From: an uncultured Chlorobiaceae bacterium
GTDB lineage: Bacteria; Bacteroidota; Chlorobiia; Chlorobiales; Chlorobiaceae
Length of the DNA stretch: 64,000 nt
Direction: 5' to 3'
Assembly (NCBI GenBank): GCA_903824295.1
Contig: CAIJWE010000072.1
Coordinates: forward strand, 705-64,704
Shown: in pieces, positions 48,063 through 59,431 of the stretch
Layout of the letters: each line of letters begins with the position of its first letter
How positions within the stretch are numbered: position 1 is the first letter of the stretch
Program-made: the position numbers and the translations under genes
The notes under the pieces: model-generated
The model's database searches: none
The model's input: the letters and a program-made list of their open reading frames with translations, nothing else
What the model was told of the DNA's origin: nothing

Positions 48063-51000
48063 ATGAAGGACACACTACTCAAACTGCTCGAAGAGCGCAT
48101 TCTGGTGCTTGACGGTGCGATGGGCACCATGATCCAGCGCCATAAATTACAGGAAGCGGACTACCGGGGTACGCGCTTTGCCGCCCACTCGCATCCGCTT
48201 ATCGGGAACAACGACATCCTTGTGCTGACTCGCCCGGATATCATTTATGCGCTCCACTGCGACTTTCTTGAAGCTGGTTCCGACATTATCGAAACCAACA
48301 CCTTTAATGCCAACCCGATTTCACAGGCTGACTACAATGCCTCTGAGCTGGTGAAAGAGCTGAATGTTGAAGCTGCCCGCCTTGCAAGGAGAGCGGCGGA
48401 TGAGTATACGACGCGGACCCCCGACAAACCTCGCTTTGTTGCCGGCTCCATCGGCCCGACCAACAAAACGCTCTCGCTCTCGCCGGATGTGAACAATCCC
48501 GGTTTTCGGGCGGTCACCTTCCAGGAGGTTGTTGATAACTACACCCTGCAGCTTGAGGGGCTGATGGAGGGTGGTGTTGACCTGCTGCTTGTTGAGACGG
48601 TCTTTGATACCCTGAACTGCAAGGCGGCCCTTTTTTCGATTGAAGAGTTTTTCAACCGCACCGGTGTTCGTATACCGGTTATGGTCTCCGGCACGGTTGT
48701 AGACGCCAGCGGACGCACCCTCTCCGGCCAGACAACTGAGGCTTTCTGGATCTCCATTGCCCATACGCCCGACCTGCTCTCCATCGGACTCAATTGTGCC
48801 CTCGGTTCAAAACAGATGCGCCCCTTCATCCAGGCTCTGGCCGGAATTGCTGAAAGCTATGTGAGCGTCTATCCCAATGCGGGGCTGCCGAACGAGTTTG
48901 GAGAGTATGACGACTCCCCTGAGTATATGGCCCGGCAGATTGCCGATTTCGCCATTTCCGGCTTTGTCAATATTGTCGGTGGCTGCTGCGGTACCACTCC
49001 AGACCATATCAAGGCAATTGCCGAGGCGGTCAAAGGGCTGAAACCGCGCCAGCGCCCCATAAAAAAACATGAGTTGCAGCTCTCCGGTCTTGAACCGCTC
49101 CTCGTCAATCGCACAACGGGCTTCATCAACGTGGGCGAGCGCACCAATGTGACCGGATCAAAAAAATTCGCCCGACTCATCAAGCAGGGAAACTATGACG
49201 AGGCGCTCTCGATTGCCCGCCAGCAGGTAGAGAGTGGCGCACAGGTAATTGACGTCAATGTGGATGAGGGGATGCTCGACTCGGAAGCGGTGATGAAGGA
49301 GTTCTTGAACCTGATCGGCTCCGAGCCTGAAATTTCACGCGTACCGGTGATGATCGACAGTTCGAAATGGTCGGTCATTGAGAGTGGCCTCTGTTGCGTT
49401 CAGGGCAAAAGCATTGTCAACTCCATCAGCCTCAAGGAGGGTGAGGAGCTTTTCCGCGAGAGGGCCCGCAAAGTGTTGCAGTATGGAGCTGCCGCCGTGG
49501 TGATGGCTTTCGATGAAGCGGGACAGGCCGACAGTTTCTGGCGCCGTATTGAAATCTGCAAACGTGCCTACGATATTCTGACGCAACAGGTGGGCTTTCC
49601 GGCGGAGGATATTATTTTTGATCCCAATGTACTGACGGTTGCCACCGGTATTGAGGAGCACAACAACTATGCCGTCGATTTTATCCAGACGGTTGTGTGG
49701 ATAAAGGAGAACCTCCCTTATGCCAAGGTATCCGGCGGCATCAGCAATGTCTCGTTCTCTTTCCGTGGCAACGAAACGGTTCGTGAGGCGATGCACGCGG
49801 CTTTTCTCTATCATGCCATTAAGGCCGGGCTCGACATGGGCATTGTTAACGCGGGCCAGCTTGCCATCTATGAGGATATTGATCCGGAGTTGCTGGTGCG
49901 GGTTGAGGATGTGCTGCTCAACCGTCGTGCGGATGCGACCGAACGCCTCGTCAGCTTTGCTGAAACCATTCAGGATGGCGGTGAAAAAACTGAAGCCAAG
50001 GCGGCTGAATGGAGAGGCCTGCCGGTTGAGGAGCGGCTGCGCCACGCACTGATAAAGGGGATTGTTGACCATATCGAAGAGGACACCGAAGAGGCACGCC
50101 AGCTCTATCCGAGTCCGCTCCAGGTGATTGAGGGGCCGCTGATGAACGGGATGAACGCCATCGGCGACCTCTTTGCCGAAGGGAAGATGTTCCTGCCGCA
50201 GGTGGTCAAAAGCGCCCGCGTCATGAAACGCTCGGTTGCTGTGCTGCTGCCGTACATCGAAGCGGAGAAGGCGCTGAACAAGGATACGCGTGCTGCGGCC
50301 AAGGTACTGCTTGCAACGGTCAAGGGGGATGTGCACGATATCGGCAAGAATATTGTCGCCGTTGTGCTCGCCTGTAACAACTATGATGTGGTCGATATCG
50401 GCGTCATGATGCCGTGCGACAAGATTCTTGAAGCGGTCGAGCGCGAACATGCCGACCTGCTTGGCCTGAGCGGCCTCATCACCCCTTCGCTCGACGAAAT
50501 GGTGCATGTTGCCAGCGAGATGGAGCGGCTCGGCATGAAAATCCCGCTGCTTATCGGGGGGGCCACCACATCAAGAATGCACACTGCGGTGAAAATTGCT
50601 CCGGTCTATTCTGGAGCTGTTGTTCAGGTACTCGATGCCTCACGGAGCGTTCCGGTGGTCAACAGCCTGCTCAATGGGGCACTCAGCCCCGCTTACATAG
50701 CCCAGCTCAAAATGGAGCAGGCTGGACTGCGCGAAAGCCATGCGTCACGCACCTCCACCCTCAAGTACCTGTCGCTCCAGGAGGCACGCAACAATCGCCC
50801 GACACTCCAGGAGGCCATCTACAAGCCGCTGCAACCCGGTGTTACCCTGCTTGAGGATGTTACTGCCGGTGAGGTGCGCCCCTATATCGACTGGACGCCC
50901 TTTTTCATGGCATGGGAGCTGCATGGCCGTTACCCGCAGATTTTTGACGATGCGAAGTATGGAGTGGAAGCAAAAAAACTCTTTGACGACGCCAACAGCC

Positions 51001-51791
51001 TGCTTGACAAAATGGAGACGACGCAACTGCCAACCCTGAAAGGTGTTGCCGGCCTCTTTCCCGCCAACAGCTCGGGGGATGACATTGAGGTCTACACCGA
51101 CGAGAAGCGCACCAGTGTGCTCACCACACTGCACACCCTCCGCCAGCAACAGGCAAAAAGTGCCGGTGAGCCCAATCTGGCTTTGGCCGACTTTATTGCG
51201 CCCGTCAGTTCGGGGTTGGTTGACTACATCGGAGGCTTTGCCGTCACCGCCGGGCTCGGCATTGAGAAGCTGCTCAATGAGTTCAGCGACCAGCAGGACG
51301 ATTACCACCGCATCATGACGCAGGCACTGGCCGACCGACTGGCGGAAGCATTTGCCGAGATGCTGCATGAGCGTGTGCGCCGGGAACTGTGGGGCTATGA
51401 GGCAGTTGAAAAGAGGCAAAAGGGGCAAAGCTGTGCCTGTCATCCCGACACGAAGTGCCAGCCACACCCAATCCATGAACTGCTGGCAGAAAAGTACCAG
51501 GGAATTCGTCCTGCTCCCGGCTATCCTGCCAACCCTGATCATACGGAGAAGGCGGAACTCTTCACCCTGCTGAATGCCGAAACCAATACCGGCATCACGC
51601 TCACCGAAACCTACGCCATGAAGCCCGCTGCATCGGTCTGCGGTCTCTACTTTGCACACCCGGAAGCAAAATACTTTGTACTCGGCAAAATCGGATGCGA
51701 CCAGGTTGAGGAGTACGCCAAACGCAAGGGGATGGAGGTTAAAGAGGCCGAGAGGTGGCTCGCACCAGTATTGAATTACGATCCGAAATAA
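48063..51791 (+). CDS. metH: Cobalamin-dependent methionine synthase
   Basis: 1242 aa with Hcy-binding, pterin-binding, B12-binding ('[10 protein letters not shown]') and AdoMet activation domains. Confidence 0.95.
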   Translation: MKDTLLKLLEERILVLDGAMGTMIQRHKLQEADYRGTRFAAHSHPLIGNNDILVLTRPDIIYALHCDFLEAGSDIIETNTFNANPISQADYNASELVKELNVEAARLARRAADEYTTRTPDKPRFVAGSIGPTNKTLSLSPDVNNPGFRAVTFQEVVDNYTLQLEGLMEGGVDLLLVETVFDTLNCKAALFSIEEFFNRTGVRIPVMVSGTVVDASGRTLSGQTTEAFWISIAHTPDLLSIGLNCALGSKQMRPFIQALAGIAESYVSVYPNAGLPNEFGEYDDSPEYMARQIADFAISGFVNIVGGCCGTTPDHIKAIAEAVKGLKPRQRPIKKHELQLSGLEPLLVNRTTGFINVGERTNVTGSKKFARLIKQGNYDEALSIARQQVESGAQVIDVNVDEGMLDSEAVMKEFLNLIGSEPEISRVPVMIDSSKWSVIESGLCCVQGKSIVNSISLKEGEELFRERARKVLQYGAAAVVMAFDEAGQADSFWRRIEICKRAYDILTQQVGFPAEDIIFDPNVLTVATGIEEHNNYAVDFIQTVVWIKENLPYAKVSGGISNVSFSFRGNETVREAMHAAFLYHAIKAGLDMGIVNAGQLAIYEDIDPELLVRVEDVLLNRRADATERLVSFAETIQDGGEKTEAKAAEWRGLPVEERLRHALIKGIVDHIEEDTEEARQLYPSPLQVIEGPLMNGMNAIGDLFAEGKMFLPQVVKSARVMKRSVAVLLPYIEAEKALNKDTRAAAKVLLATVKGDVHDIGKNIVAVVLACNNYDVVDIGVMMPCDKILEAVEREHADLLGLSGLITPSLDEMVHVASEMERLGMKIPLLIGGATTSRMHTAVKIAPVYSGAVVQVLDASRSVPVVNSLLNGALSPAYIAQLKMEQAGLRESHASRTSTLKYLSLQEARNNRPTLQEAIYKPLQPGVTLLEDVTAGEVRPYIDWTPFFMAWELHGRYPQIFDDAKYGVEAKKLFDDANSLLDKMETTQLPTLKGVAGLFPANSSGDDIEVYTDEKRTSVLTTLHTLRQQQAKSAGEPNLALADFIAPVSSGLVDYIGGFAVTAGLGIEKLLNEFSDQQDDYHRIMTQALADRLAEAFAEMLHERVRRELWGYEAVEKRQKGQSCACHPDTKCQPHPIHELLAEKYQGIRPAPGYPANPDHTEKAELFTLLNAETNTGITLTETYAMKPAASVCGLYFAHPEAKYFVLGKIGCDQVEEYAKRKGMEVKEAERWLAPVLNYDPK

Positions 51792-51810
51792 GAGAACTGA
51801 CCGCAAACAT

Positions 51811-51841
51811 CCGGAGCAATGATTTCGCACCATTGCTCCGG
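51811..51841. terminator. 11-bp-stem hairpin between convergent metH and the HD gene
   Basis: CCGGAGCAATG-atttcgcac-CATTGCTCCGG. There is no strong U-tract. Confidence 0.45.
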
Positions 51842-51854
51842 GTTGCTGATACAA

Positions 51855-52511
51855 CTACCATTTCATCATGGGCAGAGGATTGAGCGGATGGCTTTGGAGC
51901 CGCTTGACGGCAAGCCTTACAAGCATGGCATGAAACCCGGCATTTGGAAAGGCATCAAGCACATCTGAAACAAAATCATCCTTCAAACGGTAGCGCAACA
52001 AACCGCCCGAAAGATCGATCCTGTCAGCCTTTCTGAACGCTTCAACCAGCCATGAGGGATTAGCCTGATAGCGGGTAAGCTTATGGTGCTCACCGATCAT
52101 GGCCTCTATCTCTTTGCACCACGATTCCTTAAAACTCTTTTCCAGATAACGCTGCGCAAGCAGTTGGGAGGGTTGCAGGTAGTCAAAAGTGTTCTCTGTC
52201 CAGATCCCGAGATCATGAAAAACAGCGGCAATGATGATTTTATTCTCTGCTGCTGCCGCTTCAGCGCCAGCCAACGCAGAGCAATAATTGAACACTCTCA
52301 TGCAGTGGTTGCGGTAGGCTGCGTAATCCTCAGCGAGTTGCTCACGGTATCCTTCGAGCAACTCGTCAAGCAGAGTAGATTCGGCAATAACATCCATGTC
52401 CTGTGGTGGGTTCAACTGCATTTTCAAACCACTAACATAGCTCATGAAAGCTGAAAAGGGAAGAAAATAATAAAGCACTGCTGTAACACAGGGCTTTACT
52501 GCTAAACACAC
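51855..52511 (-). CDS. HD-domain phosphohydrolase
   Basis: 'AAVFHDLG' HD motif. The start is uncertain because several in-frame Met codons are available. Confidence 0.65.
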   Translation of the reverse strand: MCLAVKPCVTAVLYYFLPFSAFMSYVSGLKMQLNPPQDMDVIAESTLLDELLEGYREQLAEDYAAYRNHCMRVFNYCSALAGAEAAAAENKIIIAAVFHDLGIWTENTFDYLQPSQLLAQRYLEKSFKESWCKEIEAMIGEHHKLTRYQANPSWLVEAFRKADRIDLSGGLLRYRLKDDFVSDVLDAFPNAGFHAMLVRLAVKRLQSHPLNPLPMMKW

Positions 52512-52548
52512 AACAACTCACAGCGTCACAAATGTTACAAACTATTGA

Positions 52549-53100
52549 TCAGAAGTAGTAGTGCGCACCGATAGCTACGGTTGTTCCATCAATGTTGAGA
52601 TCAGTGATATCAGCGCCCTGAACAGACAAATCACTTGTATTGATATGATGCCACTTGTAGCCAACCTCAAAATTAAAGCCCAGTTCAGGAATCTCTGTAA
52701 AATTAAACTCTGCACCAACAAGAGGTTCTACAGTCCAGATTGAAGTATCGGAAGCAACGTCACCACCTATACTGCCTAAACCGCCTTCAAGACCCACATA
52801 GAAACGACTGTTCGGCTTGACAACCGGTGCATAGAGTACCTTTGCTGTAGCAAGAAACAAATCAGCATCGCCCAAATGTACGGAACCGGCATCAGCACCA
52901 ACCGTTCCGTAAAACAGGTTCAGTTCGCCAGCGACCTTCTCATCAAACCAATAACGACCGCTTATACCCTGAAGAAAATTTCCGGCAACTACGCCCTGAT
53001 AACCAAGACCGAACTTATTGGCATTAGGCGCCGCCGAAGCTGTACCTGCACCAAGTGCAAGCGCAAGAGCTGCCAATACAACTGCTTTTCCTTTTTTCAT
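52549..53100 (-). CDS. Small outer-membrane beta-barrel protein (OmpW/porin-like)
   Basis: Signal peptide MKKGKAVVLAALALALGAGTASA (start moved to 53100), alternating beta pattern, and a C-terminal 'GAHYYF'. Confidence 0.7.
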   Translation of the reverse strand: MKKGKAVVLAALALALGAGTASAAPNANKFGLGYQGVVAGNFLQGISGRYWFDEKVAGELNLFYGTVGADAGSVHLGDADLFLATAKVLYAPVVKPNSRFYVGLEGGLGSIGGDVASDTSIWTVEPLVGAEFNFTEIPELGFNFEVGYKWHHINTSDLSVQGADITDLNIDGTTVAIGAHYYF

Positions 53101-53306
53101 GATCTTTCTCCGTTTTTTATTGTTTTCACCAGACAAGAATGTTCTGTTGCCACAGTTTCCGCTCTTTCCTCTAACAGAACAACTCAGATTCAATCACTTA
53201 GCTAATGTAATACTAATACTTATGATTTTAAAAAAAAATTAAAGTGTAAAAAAATTATTGCTTTTCCCTTCAATGGAAGAAGAGGAATCCATACTGTACG
53301 CTCTTT

Positions 53307-54080
53307 TCACTCATTACTACTCGAGCGTTGGCCTGCCATCTCTTTTTCAATATCTACCTCCTGAATGGTATAGCCTGCCGGTACTTCAAATTTTGCGGCA
53401 GAAACGGCGGCGTTTTCCTCAATCTTTGCCGCAGTGATTGTTATGGCACCCATCTGGGTCTTGAGGGCGATTTTTTTATAGAGCACTCCGTAAACCCGCT
53501 GATCTTTTTGCTCCTTGTTGAGAGTGATGGAGTATTTGGTGCCCGTAACACCTGCAATAACCTCATTGCCCTCTTCGCGATAATCAAAATCCTTTTTCAT
53601 CTGTTCGCCGATAGTTGCACCCATCTGCACAGCCATCTCTTTGAACTTTCTGATATCTGTTTTTGTCGCAACCTTGCTGGTCTCATCCTTGCCATTGACC
53701 ATTTTTTCAGCTTCGTAAGAGATCATATAATCGCCATCAATGATATCCACCTTTTTTTCATGCGACTTCATTCCCATAATATTCGAGTCCGTTACGCTTT
53801 CTCTTGCCTCCCTGCGACCATAATCATCGAAATAAAGGGTTGTTTGACTCTTTATCCCCATAATCACCATTGGCTCATAGGTGACAATGCCCGACTGCAA
53901 GTCGTAACGCCCTGGGGTTGACGTGGATGAAGATTCCGCTGAACTTCCCTGTTTTACAGAATCTTCTTTTTTGGAACAACCGGGGAGAAATGTCAACGTT
54001 GAGAGGAGCAAGAGAGCAGCAGTTCTTTTCGTGGTTGATTTCATTGAGGTAGTTGGTGTCGTATTAAGAGAGCTTTGCAC
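53307..54080 (-). CDS. Lipoprotein of unknown function
   Basis: Lipobox 'FLPGC'. No recognisable family. Confidence 0.55.
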   Translation of the reverse strand: MQSSLNTTPTTSMKSTTKRTAALLLLSTLTFLPGCSKKEDSVKQGSSAESSSTSTPGRYDLQSGIVTYEPMVIMGIKSQTTLYFDDYGRREARESVTDSNIMGMKSHEKKVDIIDGDYMISYEAEKMVNGKDETSKVATKTDIRKFKEMAVQMGATIGEQMKKDFDYREEGNEVIAGVTGTKYSITLNKEQKDQRVYGVLYKKIALKTQMGAITITAAKIEENAAVSAAKFEVPAGYTIQEVDIEKEMAGQRSSSNE

Positions 54081-54401
54081 GGGATAACGTAAGCATATCG
54101 CTGCTGATTGTCAAATTTTTACAGAGCTACAAACAACTGTTCACGGCGTTCTCTTCTATCAAATGATTAAAATTCCATCGCACCTTACGCCCGATCTTCT
54201 TCCATTTTCAATCACAACATCCAGGCACCCGAAAAAATGACGGTTAAACGCAACTCCCGCAATAAGCTAAAAGTGAGATAATTGTTACCGAAAAAAGAGT
54301 ACCCTACCGGATTTATTGCTTGGATTAAAGGAATACTTTGTATTTTAGGAGATAAAATTTTCTCAATCGTACACTTCCATAAACCACTAAATAATAAAAC
54401 A

Positions 54402-54662
54402 ATGGCAAACGAATCAATCAATGATTTCTCAGTTGCGCTCAACAATCTTTTGAAAACCGTCGGCACACTTGCACAGCAGCAGGTCGACCTGTTAAACCTT
54501 GGAATCAAGGCAGCAGGACAGGTTATTGAGCCTCTTGTCAAAACTTCTACTGATCTTGTCGGGAACGCTGTCAAAATCTCCTCTGATCTTATCGGCAGCG
54601 TCATCAACACCGTTGGTCAGCTTTTCCAGAGTGCAACGACTGCTCTTGCTCCTAAAAAGTAA
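54402..54662 (+). CDS. Chlorosome envelope protein, CsmB/CsmF-like
   Basis: 86 aa starting at MANESIND. 'VEPL.KT..DLVGN' and the C-terminal '..ALAPKK' resemble CsmB-family proteins as I remember them. Confidence 0.5.
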   Translation: MANESINDFSVALNNLLKTVGTLAQQQVDLLNLGIKAAGQVIEPLVKTSTDLVGNAVKISSDLIGSVINTVGQLFQSATTALAPKK

Positions 54663-54683
54663 GCCGCTGTTTCAATTGAAAAA

Positions 54684-54717
54684 GCACCCTCTGCATCTCG
54701 CACAGGGTGCTTTTTTT
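54684..54717. terminator. Bidirectional rho-independent terminator
   Basis: GCACCCT...AGGGTGC stem (54684-54710), preceded by an A-run and followed by T7 (54711-54717). Confidence 0.7.
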
Positions 54718-54719
54718 GT

Positions 54720-56396
54720 TTACAAGCCGCCATGTTCCGTTTTGAATTGAGGGAGCGGTGTGGTAAGCGCCTTTAATAAGCGGTCATCACGGCGGTATAT
54801 ATCATCATGAAAGTGGAGTTCATCACCTTCATCGGTAGCGGTCAGGTAAAGGATATAGACCGGAATCCGTTTCGTCAGAAAGACAACTCTTGTTTTTCCC
54901 CTCTTGATTGCAGCAAGAACATGCTCTTTACTCCAGGTGACGCTATCCTGCAACACCAGAGCGGCAAGATCGACAGGATTTTGAACCCTGACACATCCCG
55001 AGCTGAAGTTTCTGATACTCTCTGCAAAAAGCTCCTTGTTTGGCGTATCGTGCAAGTAGACAATATAGGGATTCGGAAACATGAACTTGACTCTCCCCAG
55101 TGAACCATGATCTCCGGCACTCTGCTGAAGGCGGTAAGGAAAGTTCCCGGCTGAATACTGTGACCAGTTGACCGATACAGGGTCGACGACGCTGCCGTTC
55201 GAGGCAATAACCCTGAGATGTTTATGGTAAAGATACGAACTGCTTTTACGAAGAGCCGGAAGAGCATCTTTATCAAGAATAGTTGGCGGAATGACCCACT
55301 GGGGATTGAGGATAACGTATTGCATATCAGCCTTGAACAGCGGAGTTTCACGCCCTGGTTTTCCAACAATGACCTTTGTGCTCCAACGGTAGCGGCCATT
55401 TTCGACATAACGCAGGTTAAAGCTGGCAACATTCACCAGAATGGCGGTCGGTTCGAGATCACTTAAAAACCATCTGTACCGTTCAAGATTGAGGCGAATC
55501 TCATCAATACGACGAGCCACCGGGATATTCAGGAGACGGAGGGTGGCCGCTCCAACAACACCATCATCCTCCATACCATTCCGCTTCTGAAAGCGCTTGA
55601 CGCCGTCCACCAACTCTCTGCTGTAGACCGTTGACGTATCAGTATTCTGAAGAGAGATGTCCCCCGCAATTTTGAGTCGCTCACGCAGTATGGTGACACG
55701 ACTCTGTCGTACACCCTCCTGCAGCTTCGGCCCTTCCCGCAAAATCGGCCATCCGCCTTCACGCGCAATAGTACGATAACGTGCAAGCCCTTTTCTGAGC
55801 AGATCATAAACCGGATGCTGCAATCGTATCTCTTTCAGGCCGGTGGCAATCTGCTGGGTGGCAATGAAGCGGTTAAGCCTGTACTCAAGAGCACTGCGAT
55901 TCATCTCCTGGCGCAAACCCAGGTGAATATCAAGGGTTTCGGGATTAACCTTTCCGTAACGGAGATGGCTGGCAAGGGTAAAAAATGATTCAGTCAAAAG
56001 AAGGTCATAACAAGCTATCTGCTCAGGAGATACAGGGGGGGTGGTATAAAAGCTCCTGATCTCACGGAGATGATAGTCTGCTGGATCGAGGCCGTCATCG
56101 GCAGCCCCCTCAACCGCACTCATCAGTTCAAAAACCATGGTCCGCGTTGTCCAGACAGGCTGAAAGCCCCTTGCTGCATAGAACCGCTCAAGGCGGATGT
56201 TAAAGAGAGCCCTTTCACGGCCTCCTTCAGGACTCTTCTGCTGAATCAGCCAGTTAAAGCGATCGTAAATCTTCCGGGGTATACCCACTGGAGGCGCACT
56301 CTGAGGCTGAAGCTGTTGCGGCGGCACAACCAAAGATTTTACCTGGACAGGTCGCACCGGACTGAAGGCAAGCCAGAGCAGAAGAATACCAATCAT
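54720..56396 (-). CDS. L,D-transpeptidase (YcbB-like; PG-binding + YkuD domains)
   Basis: 'VKRFQKRNGMEDDGVVG' (PG_binding_1) and 'YLHDTPNKELF..SSGCVRV' (YkuD active site). Confidence 0.85.
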   Translation of the reverse strand: MIGILLLWLAFSPVRPVQVKSLVVPPQQLQPQSAPPVGIPRKIYDRFNWLIQQKSPEGGRERALFNIRLERFYAARGFQPVWTTRTMVFELMSAVEGAADDGLDPADYHLREIRSFYTTPPVSPEQIACYDLLLTESFFTLASHLRYGKVNPETLDIHLGLRQEMNRSALEYRLNRFIATQQIATGLKEIRLQHPVYDLLRKGLARYRTIAREGGWPILREGPKLQEGVRQSRVTILRERLKIAGDISLQNTDTSTVYSRELVDGVKRFQKRNGMEDDGVVGAATLRLLNIPVARRIDEIRLNLERYRWFLSDLEPTAILVNVASFNLRYVENGRYRWSTKVIVGKPGRETPLFKADMQYVILNPQWVIPPTILDKDALPALRKSSSYLYHKHLRVIASNGSVVDPVSVNWSQYSAGNFPYRLQQSAGDHGSLGRVKFMFPNPYIVYLHDTPNKELFAESIRNFSSGCVRVQNPVDLAALVLQDSVTWSKEHVLAAIKRGKTRVVFLTKRIPVYILYLTATDEGDELHFHDDIYRRDDRLLKALTTPLPQFKTEHGGL

Positions 56397-56411
56397 AGGT
56401 CACCCCATAAG

Positions 56412-57143
56412 TTATGAAAACTGGTCAGAAACAGGCTGCAGCCGGGCAAGATCAGGAGAAAAAAGGGTAGACTTGGTGGCATAGTCTCTGCCGTCATGAT
56501 AAATAAAGAGGCAACTCCCCCCTTTGATAAGATCAATAACCTGCTGAAACGTCTCTAAAGAGAGGGCAGGGCAACCCTCACTTCTGCCAAGGCGCCCATG
56601 CCTTCTGATAAAATCGTAGGAGACGTAATCCGCACCATGGATGACAATGCTTCTTGATTGGGCATTGTCGTTAATCCCGCTCTCCATACCCTGTAGCCTG
56701 AGCGAATAACCATTTTTACCGTCATAAGTTTCTCCTGTTGTGTAAAAACCAAGGCTGCTCTGAAAGGAGCCCGGAACATTGGAAAAATTCTCGGCATAAT
56801 TATCGCCACTGTTCCTGCCGTGCGCAACAAGTGCAGAATAAAGCAACTGGCCCCGGTTGACGTCAATAACAAAAAGACGCTCATCAACTGAAGGCCTGTT
56901 GAAATCGATAACCGTTAAAATACCGTCACGGCTTACCTTTCCCTGATCTTTGAGAGTACGATATCCCTCAATAGCCATAGTGAGAACCTTCGAACTGATC
57001 CTGCCGCTCAGTTCAGGAAATTGGGAAAATACGGAACTGTTTTTTTCAAAAGGATTTATGTTAATAGACATCGAGCGTCCGTTTACCGGAAACGCAAACA
57101 TAATCAACAAAGCAAATACCGTCATCAATCGAATCATAAGCAA
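56412..57143 (-). CDS. Murein L,D-transpeptidase catalytic-domain family protein
   Basis: 'VAHGRNSG','IVIHGADYV','GRLGRSEGCPAL'. Confidence 0.75.
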   Translation of the reverse strand: MLMIRLMTVFALLIMFAFPVNGRSMSININPFEKNSSVFSQFPELSGRISSKVLTMAIEGYRTLKDQGKVSRDGILTVIDFNRPSVDERLFVIDVNRGQLLYSALVAHGRNSGDNYAENFSNVPGSFQSSLGFYTTGETYDGKNGYSLRLQGMESGINDNAQSRSIVIHGADYVSYDFIRRHGRLGRSEGCPALSLETFQQVIDLIKGGSCLFIYHDGRDYATKSTLFSPDLARLQPVSDQFS

Positions 57144-57304
57144 CTGTATACAGAGTTAAACCGGCGCACAAAAAAAAAGCTAAACCGGCAAATACATAAC
57201 AATAATCAAACACTGCCAAATCCGTCCGTGAAGAGGATTGGCGATCATAATCATAGTAGAGCCAACAAAGATAATTTTTTTTTCGGAATGGTCAAACCGA
57301 CGGA

Positions 57305-57910
57305 TTACCTGCCAGGGCGTTCTTCTCCTCCTGAAAAAGGCTCTGCGGGACGCTGAAACTGTACAGGAGCTTCAGCAATTTTTCGGAAAAGCCTGATATG
57401 AAAGAGATGTTGTGGCCAGTTCAGCAAGAAGGTGGCAAGAGCTTCCCACACCGAAACCCATGCTACAATGGTAAGGCCTTCGGCAAAAACAGTATTGAGA
57501 AATGAGGGGCTGCCGTCAACGGCAAAGAGATGATTGACCCAGAGAGAGAGACCGAGAATAACAATGCCAATAACAAGAAGCGTTACCGAGGTTCTCAGCA
57601 TCTTGTTCATCGCTTCAAGCTCAAGTTCCCGCTGGTAGATGAAAAATTTATGAACACTGGTGCGCACCCGCAACATAAACTCTTCGGAAGGAAAACACTC
57701 AAACATGAAACGGATCACAAAGCCAACCCGGCCTATTTCACGCGCACACTCGGTGAGATAAGAGGCAAGATCTTCATCAAGATCCTTTTTGTGATAGGGA
57801 GCAGTTTTGTCGAAGTCCTCATAGAGATCCTCAACACGCCTTGCGGCTACATCAATGATAACAAGACCATCATCGGTATGCTCGTAGCGGTCAACTATTC
57901 TTTTTTTCAC
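57305..57910 (-). CDS. Conserved hypothetical membrane protein
   Basis: 201 aa: a soluble acidic N-terminal half followed by two TM helices. Confidence 0.5.
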   Translation of the reverse strand: MKKRIVDRYEHTDDGLVIIDVAARRVEDLYEDFDKTAPYHKKDLDEDLASYLTECAREIGRVGFVIRFMFECFPSEEFMLRVRTSVHKFFIYQRELELEAMNKMLRTSVTLLVIGIVILGLSLWVNHLFAVDGSPSFLNTVFAEGLTIVAWVSVWEALATFLLNWPQHLFHIRLFRKIAEAPVQFQRPAEPFSGGEERPGR

Positions 57911-57983
57911 CTCTTCTCCCCGAACTTGTCTGACAGAATAGCGCTTCCGGGATATTTATGCTATTCAACCCTTCCAAGGTGAA

Positions 57984-58703
57984 CTACCTGACGGCAGGTG
58001 AAGCGATAAAACGCCAGCTTGACGTGATCGTGACCACAATATCCTGCTCAGAAGGTGCTATCTCGGTAGGCGCCGGAGCCGCCTTCAATGCCATCATTTC
58101 CATGGCTGGCCTGCCGCTGTACGGTGGCTGACTGACACCAACCTCAATCAACGGGCCAAGTCGCCCTCCTGCCGCCTGAGCCATGATTGAGCCATCCCTT
58201 CGGGCATTGCCCACAGCAGCGGCAAGCGCCTGCTGACGAAGCTCTTCATAACGGCTCGATGAAAAGGTGATACTCTGAACCTCATCAGCCCCGGCCTGCA
58301 CTGCGGCATCAATGGCCCGGCCGATCAAGCCCAGCGTGCGCACATGCACCATGATGGCATGACGGGCCGTGTACCCCTTCAGCAAGCTCTTACCCAGCGA
58401 CTGATCCCACTCCCAGTTGGGAGAGACCGTATAGCTTACCGTCGGCGCATCTTCAAGAGGAACCGGCGCCGTCCGAAGTGCCGCCTGCACACGGTGATAC
58501 TTTTCGGCGGTCTCGGCAGCAGCCCTCTCGGCACTTTTTGCATTCGATTGCAATACCACACCAAACTCTGCCATGTCAGGCTTTACCGACACCTTCCCTG
58601 ATGCAGAAACCACAACACGACTCTCTTCAGCATGCGCGGGCAGGGAAAAACCCGCCACTCCGACAAGCAACCAGAGAGTGCAAAAAATCAGCTTCGTCTT
58701 CAT
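57984..58703 (-). CDS. SIMPL (DUF541) domain periplasmic protein
   Basis: Signal peptide; 'VSASGKVSVKPDMAEFGVVL','GYTARH','ARRDGSIMAQAAG' follow the SIMPL pattern. Confidence 0.75.
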   Translation of the reverse strand: MKTKLIFCTLWLLVGVAGFSLPAHAEESRVVVSASGKVSVKPDMAEFGVVLQSNAKSAERAAAETAEKYHRVQAALRTAPVPLEDAPTVSYTVSPNWEWDQSLGKSLLKGYTARHAIMVHVRTLGLIGRAIDAAVQAGADEVQSITFSSSRYEELRQQALAAAVGNARRDGSIMAQAAGGRLGPLIEVGVSQPPYSGRPAMEMMALKAAPAPTEIAPSEQDIVVTITSSWRFIASPAVR

Positions 58704-58772
58704 TACGTCATTTTTGATTCACCGACCACCATCACCACAGCCCATGCGCACGCAAACCAAAGAATTATGAGA

Positions 58773-59294
58773 TTAATTCTTGTACAACTCTTTTACCTGG
58801 AACAAAATGTACCAACCAATAACGGCTCCGATGATTCCACCGATAATACCACTGAAAGAAAGAACCGTTCCAATCAAACTGACAATGCTTGCATAAAAAA
58901 GCAATCTCCAGGCACCTGCGGTGCGTTTGAATAATCCCGGCACAGCCATAACTTCCATGATCATCGTGATCACCGCAACAGCGAGCCCGACAATTGCACC
59001 AAACCCCCATGCAAATCCGTACCCATATCCAGAACCTCCCATCATCGCAAATGGAGAAAGAAAGGCCGTAAGCCCCACAGCCGCAAAAATAATCGGCAAC
59101 GCCATAACCGCGAATACAATGATCAGATATGGCGACACCTTGGCAATAAACTCTTTAACTTCTGGCGGCAGGGCAAATGGTGCTTTTTGCACCATGTACT
59201 CATCAAGAATCCCTTCAAACTGCGATAAGAGACCCTTCACATCTGACGTTGCCTGAGCCTTTTGCCCTGAATCATACGGCGTTTTTTCTGACAT
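58773..59294 (-). CDS. Hypothetical membrane protein
   Basis: 173 aa with four Gly-rich TM helices. Confidence 0.5.
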   Translation of the reverse strand: MSEKTPYDSGQKAQATSDVKGLLSQFEGILDEYMVQKAPFALPPEVKEFIAKVSPYLIIVFAVMALPIIFAAVGLTAFLSPFAMMGGSGYGYGFAWGFGAIVGLAVAVITMIMEVMAVPGLFKRTAGAWRLLFYASIVSLIGTVLSFSGIIGGIIGAVIGWYILFQVKELYKN

Positions 59295-59431
59295 AATTAT
59301 GTGGTTTAATAGTTAAATCAAGATACTGCAAATAGATAAAATTACCTCTTCTTTTGCGGTGACGAGCAGTCATCACGACGATTTGTACACCCCCTGCTTC
59401 ACAAGCTTGAACAATTTAGCCAGCAAGCACT

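Noticed and set aside
49335-51854. Long minus-strand ORFs of 390 aa (49335-50507) and 369 aa (50745-51854) inside metH
   Set aside because: They are antisense to a strongly supported 1242-aa MetH gene. Their products are low-complexity and Arg/Leu/Gly-rich, typical of shadow ORFs, and carry no motifs.
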